Assembly (NCBI GenBank): GCA_048882485.1
Contig: JBHLRP010000038.1
Span: 1 to 29,604 of the forward strand
Origin: Candidatus Thorarchaeota archaeon
Lineage (GTDB): Archaea > Asgardarchaeota > Thorarchaeia > Thorarchaeales > Thorarchaeaceae
Direction of reading: 5' to 3'
Length of the DNA stretch: 29,604 nt
The translations under genes were made by a program, and so were the position numbers. Within the stretch, counting starts at the first letter, position 1. Every line of letters begins with the position of its first letter. This document shows, one piece after another, positions 25,017 through 29,604 of this stretch. A model generated the notes under the pieces. That model was not told the origin of the DNA. It saw only the letters and a program-made list of their open reading frames with translations, and searched no databases.

Positions 25017-27776
25017 ATGTCTGGATACGACAGGTTCAAACGGTCCGCAGGAAGATTCCTTAGACAAATCTTCCATAGGCCAAAGGCAAAGATCTCACGC
25101 GGTTCAGTGATTTTGGTCATAGCTTTAGTCATTATCTTTTTCGCCGCGCTTATACTTCGTTTGTTCCCACTTCTCAACTCACAACCAGTTCTCCGGGCAT
25201 TCGATCCATGGTTCCAGTTGAAGGTCACCCAGTATGTGATCGATAACGGCTATGGGGCCTTCTTCACATGGTTTGATGCAACAACATGGGTCCCATTTGG
25301 TCGTGACATCACCACTACAGCATATGTTGGAGTACCTTTCACAAGTGCATTCTTCTACTTTGTACTCAATGGAATCGGAATCAGTGTTGATGTTCTCACA
25401 GTGTCCCTAGTCATGCCAGCCTTTCTGGGGGCTCTCACAGCTATTGCAGCATTCTTCCTTGGACGCGAACTTGTGAACAACACAGTAGGTCTTCTCAGTG
25501 CACTAATCCTAGCATTCATTCCAGCCTTCATTCAGAGAACAATAGCCGGTTTCTATGACAATGAGTGCGTAGGAGTACTCGCTATTGTAGTTTCTACATT
25601 CTTCTATATCAGGGCTACAAAGCGAGGCTCTCTACCATCAGCCGTAGGTGCAGGTCTGGCATTGGGCTATCTCTTAATATCATGGGGGGGCGGCGATTTT
25701 CTCCTTGGCTTGTTCGCACTGTATGCAGGCTTGATGCTTATCACTGGACGCTATAACAAGCGTCTTCTCAACTCGTATCTAATCACTATAGCACTTGGTA
25801 TCTTCATTGGAGGGCTAATACCCCGGAATGGGTTTGAAAATCTCACCTCATTTTCTACGCTGGCTCCAATCGGTGTTGGAGTACTGCTTGCAGGCTACGA
25901 GATATGGCTGCGTATTGAGAGCTATAGAGAGGCCACTGCAACATTCCTAGCACCTCACATGAAGCCAATCTTCATAGGGCTAATCACTCCGATAGCAGGA
26001 ATCGCCGCATATCTCGGATACGCAGGAACAGTCGAGCTTGGCATCCGCCCCTTTACATCTAATCCCATAGTGACATTGGGGACCAAGTTCCTTACGGTCA
26101 TTAATCCATTTGTCCGTCTTGACCAGAGAATCTTTGCCTCGGTGGCAGAGCATTTGCCTAGTCCATGGGGCAGCTTCTACCATACATTGAATCTCCTGAT
26201 TTTCTTCTTCCCCCTCGGAATGTACTTCCTCTTCAGGCGTGGTCGCGACGAGGACTGGCTGATGTTCCTCTTTGGCCTGACATCGGTATACTTTGCAGGT
26301 AGCATGATTCGGCTTTCGCTAATTCTGGCACCTGGGGTGGCTGTCCTCTCTGCGGTGGCAATAAATGGAATACTGTCTCCCTTCGGGAAGGTGGTCACAC
26401 AGAAGTCAGTCTTTGAGAGACGGAGATTCAGAATGAGCTCGTCCTTGACATCAGAGCATGCTATTGTGGCCTTCGCATTCGTGGCGTTGCTTCTTTCCCT
26501 CAATCTGTATCTTGGAGTAGACTATGTCAACAGATATGTAGGCTCACCAGAGTTTGCACAGGACTCGCTCTCAGAAGGAGCTCGCTTCACGGATTGGCAG
26601 ACCGCTATGACTTACGTTCGTGATGTTCTACCAGATGATGCCATTGTGGCTAGCTGGTGGGACTATGGATATTGGATAAATGGTGCCGGAGAGGTAGAAA
26701 CGATAGTCGATAACGCAACATGGAATCGGACGCAAATTGCGCTAATGGGCTATGCCTTGATGGCGTTAAACCTGACAGAGTCGTTGAAGACATTCAAGCA
26801 GTGGAATACTACACATGTGCTAGTCTTTTATGGCCATCGAGCTTCATGGGCCGGCGGCGATGATGGCAAGTGGCCTTGGATGGTTCGAATCGCTGAGGAC
26901 AGGTTTGGTTCAGAGTTGATAGACGATGCATGGTACCTGGGTGACAATCCGGATACTCCAGATGTCATTGAGGAAGAGTATATGCTTGATACTTTCTTCG
27001 AGTCAACGATCTACAAGCTGATGGTGTTTGACGAGCCGCTCACTCCAGAGGATGGCACAGCTTTGGGCCTCACACAGGATAGGGTCTCCATGGACCAGTT
27101 CTATCAACAGGACGAGCGATGGACCTCACATATGCCAGTTGAGCTGCATGGGGCCTTCATTAATCCGTTCATAAGTTCTAATCTCGGAACCGTCAAGATC
27201 TACGAGATTGACTATACGATGTATGAGCAGTACCTGAACCGCACCACTGCTGACTGGATAGCACCAGAACGCGCTATTCAATCGGTGCAGATGGATGGTA
27301 ATCTATCTGCTTGGGAAACAACCAACCTGAACAGCTATGATGTAGTGTTTGGCGGCAACTACGGCGCCACAGTATACACCGGAATCAACTCGACCCACAT
27401 ATACTATGGAATACAGATGGACAACTACACAAAGGGTGAGGATGCTTTTGGATTGCAGATTGCCCCACTTGACTCCCCTGGCGATGGAGATATCCGTCTG
27501 GTAGACTATGAAGGGCATGAGTTCTTTGACGGCCATATCGCCTACGATGGCTCATGGGCTGAAGACTCCTCGGGCGCTAACACTACAGAGTTCGCAAGTG
27601 GAGAGAATGTGATAGAGTTCCTGATTCCACTGAACAGCGCTGATGAACAGGACATGTCCATGAGTTCCGGAATGAACTACCAGATACGGCTGTTGTTCTG
27701 GAACAATGTCAAAAGCGGAGAACCGACATTCGATTCCGATTGGGCTACATTCTGGGTCGAAGCAGAGCTATTCTAG
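25017..27776 (+). CDS. aglB: Oligosaccharyltransferase catalytic subunit STT3/AglB with extra C-terminal domain
   Basis: FDPWF, YDNE, SVAEH, MIRL.LILAP, WWDYG, DNATWN, DDGKWPWMVRIA; polytopic TM N-terminal half. Confidence 0.95.
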   Translation: MSGYDRFKRSAGRFLRQIFHRPKAKISRGSVILVIALVIIFFAALILRLFPLLNSQPVLRAFDPWFQLKVTQYVIDNGYGAFFTWFDATTWVPFGRDITTTAYVGVPFTSAFFYFVLNGIGISVDVLTVSLVMPAFLGALTAIAAFFLGRELVNNTVGLLSALILAFIPAFIQRTIAGFYDNECVGVLAIVVSTFFYIRATKRGSLPSAVGAGLALGYLLISWGGGDFLLGLFALYAGLMLITGRYNKRLLNSYLITIALGIFIGGLIPRNGFENLTSFSTLAPIGVGVLLAGYEIWLRIESYREATATFLAPHMKPIFIGLITPIAGIAAYLGYAGTVELGIRPFTSNPIVTLGTKFLTVINPFVRLDQRIFASVAEHLPSPWGSFYHTLNLLIFFFPLGMYFLFRRGRDEDWLMFLFGLTSVYFAGSMIRLSLILAPGVAVLSAVAINGILSPFGKVVTQKSVFERRRFRMSSSLTSEHAIVAFAFVALLLSLNLYLGVDYVNRYVGSPEFAQDSLSEGARFTDWQTAMTYVRDVLPDDAIVASWWDYGYWINGAGEVETIVDNATWNRTQIALMGYALMALNLTESLKTFKQWNTTHVLVFYGHRASWAGGDDGKWPWMVRIAEDRFGSELIDDAWYLGDNPDTPDVIEEEYMLDTFFESTIYKLMVFDEPLTPEDGTALGLTQDRVSMDQFYQQDERWTSHMPVELHGAFINPFISSNLGTVKIYEIDYTMYEQYLNRTTADWIAPERAIQSVQMDGNLSAWETTNLNSYDVVFGGNYGATVYTGINSTHIYYGIQMDNYTKGEDAFGLQIAPLDSPGDGDIRLVDYEGHEFFDGHIAYDGSWAEDSSGANTTEFASGENVIEFLIPLNSADEQDMSMSSGMNYQIRLLFWNNVKSGEPTFDSDWATFWVEAELF

Positions 27777-27787
27777 TACATCAAAGT

Positions 27788-27809
27788 GCGATTGGTCCAG
27801 GCCAATCGC
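27788..27809. terminator. Hairpin between convergent aglB and nop10
   Basis: GCGATTGG-TCCAGG-CCAATCGC, a perfect 8-bp stem, followed on + by T-rich TTAGTTTCTTTC. Confidence 0.5.
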
Positions 27810-27828
27810 CATTAGTTTCTTTCAAATA

Positions 27829-27999
27829 TCATGACTGAGTCCTCGCTCTCCGCTTGGCATCTCTTCGGTATTTCCCATATCGGTCTTGAGGACTGTATTT
27901 TGGGGGTTGGGGAGAAACCACTGACCCTCCACATACTGGACACTTTTCCTCCTCGAGAGTATATTGGTCACAGTCTTTACACTTGAAGAGGCGGGTCAT
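27829..27999 (-). CDS. nop10: H/ACA RNP protein Nop10
   Basis: CKDC..YTL...CPVCG......PPKYSPQDRYGKYR. ATG 27999 lies just after the aIF2alpha stop. Confidence 0.93.
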   Translation of the reverse strand: MTRLFKCKDCDQYTLEEEKCPVCGGSVVSPQPPKYSPQDRYGKYRRDAKRRARTQS

Positions 28000-28003
28000 G
28001 GAA

Positions 28004-28798
28004 CTACTTCCTGTCAAACTCAAACGAGCCGCCTTTGCTCTCAATAATCTTGGTGACTTTCTTCAGGATTTCTGAAAGGACCTGTTCCCCTTCTTGATAA
28101 TCAGGACTCTGTATCCTTAGCTTGTATCTTGGAGAACCAAGTGTGTAGATCTCAACAGTTGACTTGTCTTCTGACTGTCCCAGAGCAAGACCCTCTGATA
28201 ATGCCTTTTTGATGACCTCGACTCCTTCTGGTCCCGGAACAAGGATTTTCATCTCGCCTTCGATCTCAATTGACGGAATCTCGATTCTGACCTTAGCGAG
28301 GTCTGCAATCTGTTTCTTAAGCTTCTTTGTTGACTCAACATGCTCCAGCGCATCTACACCCATGTCTGATGCCAGCTCAAGACCCTTGTAAATCTCTCCA
28401 AAAGCATCTTCCATCGGCCAGCCTATCTTCTCATAGACCTTCTCAAGAGTTATGTCATTCTCCTTTGCTATGAGTTCAAGGAGCTTTTCCGCTTTCTGAG
28501 CTCGTTTCCATTCATTGTTCTTTGCTCTCCTAGCTTCAGTTGAAACGCGCCTTAGAGAGCAGTCTATGTGTCGTTTCTGAGTATCGACCTGTAGGACTTT
28601 TATGACGACACGTTGGTTCTCGTGAATGTGGTTTCGAATATTCCTGACCCACGTGCTACTAATCTCTGATATATGGATGAAGCCCTCTTTGTCGCCAAAC
28701 TCTGGAAGTTTGACATATGCTCCATATGGGGCTACTTTGGAAGCGACCGCAATGGCATACTCATCTGGTTGCGGCCATTCTGCACGTTTCAGGACCAT
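28004..28798 (-). CDS. eif2a: Translation initiation factor 2 alpha subunit
   Basis: S1 domain YGAYVKL.E...EGFIHISEIS..WVRNIR, HIDCSLRRV, EWKRAQKA, GSPRY. Start probably ATG 28798 (ORF track 28825). Confidence 0.95.
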   Translation of the reverse strand: MVLKRAEWPQPDEYAIAVASKVAPYGAYVKLPEFGDKEGFIHISEISSTWVRNIRNHIHENQRVVIKVLQVDTQKRHIDCSLRRVSTEARRAKNNEWKRAQKAEKLLELIAKENDITLEKVYEKIGWPMEDAFGEIYKGLELASDMGVDALEHVESTKKLKKQIADLAKVRIEIPSIEIEGEMKILVPGPEGVEVIKKALSEGLALGQSEDKSTVEIYTLGSPRYKLRIQSPDYQEGEQVLSEILKKVTKIIESKGGSFEFDRK

Positions 28799-28893
28799 TA
28801 TCTCTTCTCCTTCTGGGGAATCCACATGGGTCTGCTAATATAGATTTGGGAGAGAGAGAAGGAATTGACGGGTTTTGTAGAATCCTATTGGAT

Positions 28894-29094
28894 TCAAGGG
28901 TATTCTTCGACTTCACGGGCAATGGTCTCGAGCTTGGCCTTGCCGCCACTAGGCTTTGCTAGAACCTTTTCACACTTCAGGCATTTCACTTCGGTCGTAG
29001 CGTGTGCGAAGATAATCTGCTCATTCTCGCAATCTAGGCACTTGACCTTCAGGAACCTGGATCTCGGCTGCTGAACTATCTCTCCCTTAGTCAT
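28894..29094 (-). CDS. rps27e: Ribosomal protein eS27
   Basis: PRSRFLKVKCLDC.NEQIIF.HA...V.C.KC...LA.PSGGKA. GGTGA upstream of ATG 29094. Confidence 0.95.
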   Translation of the reverse strand: MTKGEIVQQPRSRFLKVKCLDCENEQIIFAHATTEVKCLKCEKVLAKPSGGKAKLETIAREVEEYP

Positions 29095-29103
29095 TGTCTT
29101 CAC

Positions 29104-29385
29104 CTATACCCGAAGTACTTCTAGCTTCTTCAATCTCATGCCCTTTGTCTGGAAGGTGTGTTCGCAATCCTTGCACTTGTATTTGAGCACAGTCTTCTTT
29201 GTGGTCTTTGCAAAACGCTTCTGGATGTTCTTTGGAAATGACCCGTATCCCTTTGTCTTCCTCTTCATCCTGCGTTCGCCCTGCGCCATGCTTCGCCTCT
29301 TTCCTGCTTTGTATGTGGATATGGCATGTATTGTATGGCTCTTGCATCTGGGACAGTATTTTCTGAGCTCGCCTTTGATCTTCAT
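29104..29385 (-). CDS. rpl44e: Ribosomal protein eL42 (L44e)
   Basis: YCPRCKSHT.H, KGYGSFP, KTTKK..L...C.DC. GGTGA upstream of ATG 29385. Confidence 0.95.
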   Translation of the reverse strand: MKIKGELRKYCPRCKSHTIHAISTYKAGKRRSMAQGERRMKRKTKGYGSFPKNIQKRFAKTTKKTVLKYKCKDCEHTFQTKGMRLKKLEVLRV

Positions 29386-29427
29386 GCGAATCACCAGTTT
29401 CGGGCTCTGGGACCCGACTCTGTGTTG

Positions 29428-29434
29428 TTTATAA
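29428..29434 (-). promoter_or_regulatory. TATA box of the rpl44e-rps27e-eif2a-nop10 operon
   Basis: TTATAAA on the minus strand, about 43 bp upstream of the rpl44e ATG. Confidence 0.5.
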
Positions 29435-29472
29435 CCCTTAGGGCATGTGCCTTGAAACTATGAGGGGCTGTT

Positions 29473-29604
29473 CTATATCCAGCCAAACTGGGTTGCGATA
29501 TGGGAAATTATCGTGGCAATCAGTAAGAGAGCTGCAAATATCACAACCATTGTGGGACCCACCTTGATTCCAGGTGTCTCGTCCTCGAAGAAACGTATAA
29601 GCCC
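29473..29604 (-). CDS. secG: Preprotein translocase subunit Sec61beta (3' part; start lies outside the window)
   Basis: Hand translation GLIRFFEDETPGIKVGPTMVVIFAALLLIATIISHIATQFGWI*, containing the Sec61beta GL.RF..D.PG.KV.P motif plus one TM helix. Not in the ORF track. Confidence 0.9.
   Translation of the reverse strand, partial: GLIRFFEDETPGIKVGPTMVVIFAALLLIATIISHIATQFGWI

Noticed and set aside
29400-29417. TCGGG-N8-CCCGA hairpin upstream of rpl44e as an autoregulatory leader
   Set aside because: The stem is only 5-6 bp and probably straddles the TSS predicted from the TATA at 29428-29434.
157-29434. Numerous 60-160 aa antisense or alternate-frame ORFs (e.g. 5056-5490, 14245-14667, 18831-19283, 22065-22553, 29138-29434)
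   Set aside because: They lie within well-supported genes and show no recognisable motifs. Many are Ser/Ile/Phe-rich, as expected for shadow frames.
1-29604. CRISPR arrays, tRNA/rRNA genes, IS elements, defence systems, selenocysteine or frameshift recoding
   Set aside because: Intergenic gaps are all under about 180 bp and show no repeat-spacer pattern or cloverleaf. There are no transposase or integrase motifs, and recognised genes appear intact.

Overview
Gene-dense archaeal chromosomal housekeeping region. It is almost certainly from an Asgard archaeon, and Thorarchaeia is my best guess (inference). The basis is archaeal core genes (PolD DP2, CarS, RadB, MptE, Elf1, eL42-eS27-aIF2alpha-Nop10) occurring together with eukaryote-like proteins: an OSTC/DC2-like OST subunit, a PAC4/PSMG4-like chaperone, and eukaryote-style STT3 and Sec61beta. 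Contents: replication and repair genes (Lhr, multi-OB RPA, DP2, RadB, XPD, topoisomerase IA, an uncharacterised YqgF/RNase H-fold protein), a cysteine desulfurase preceded by a small CxxC winged-helix protein, a pterin/folate plus glycine-cleavage cluster, and translation genes. The best lead is a dispersed set of candidate components of a eukaryote-type translocon/oligosaccharyltransferase system: STT3 with an extra C-terminal domain, OSTC/DC2-like, a GIFT-domain Wbp1/OST48-like protein, Sec61beta, and an unannotated 38-aa single-TM microprotein with an OST4-like spacing pattern. I saw no CRISPR array, rRNA, tRNA, transposase or intein. All family assignments come from motif recognition by eye and recalled reference sequences; no database searches were run.
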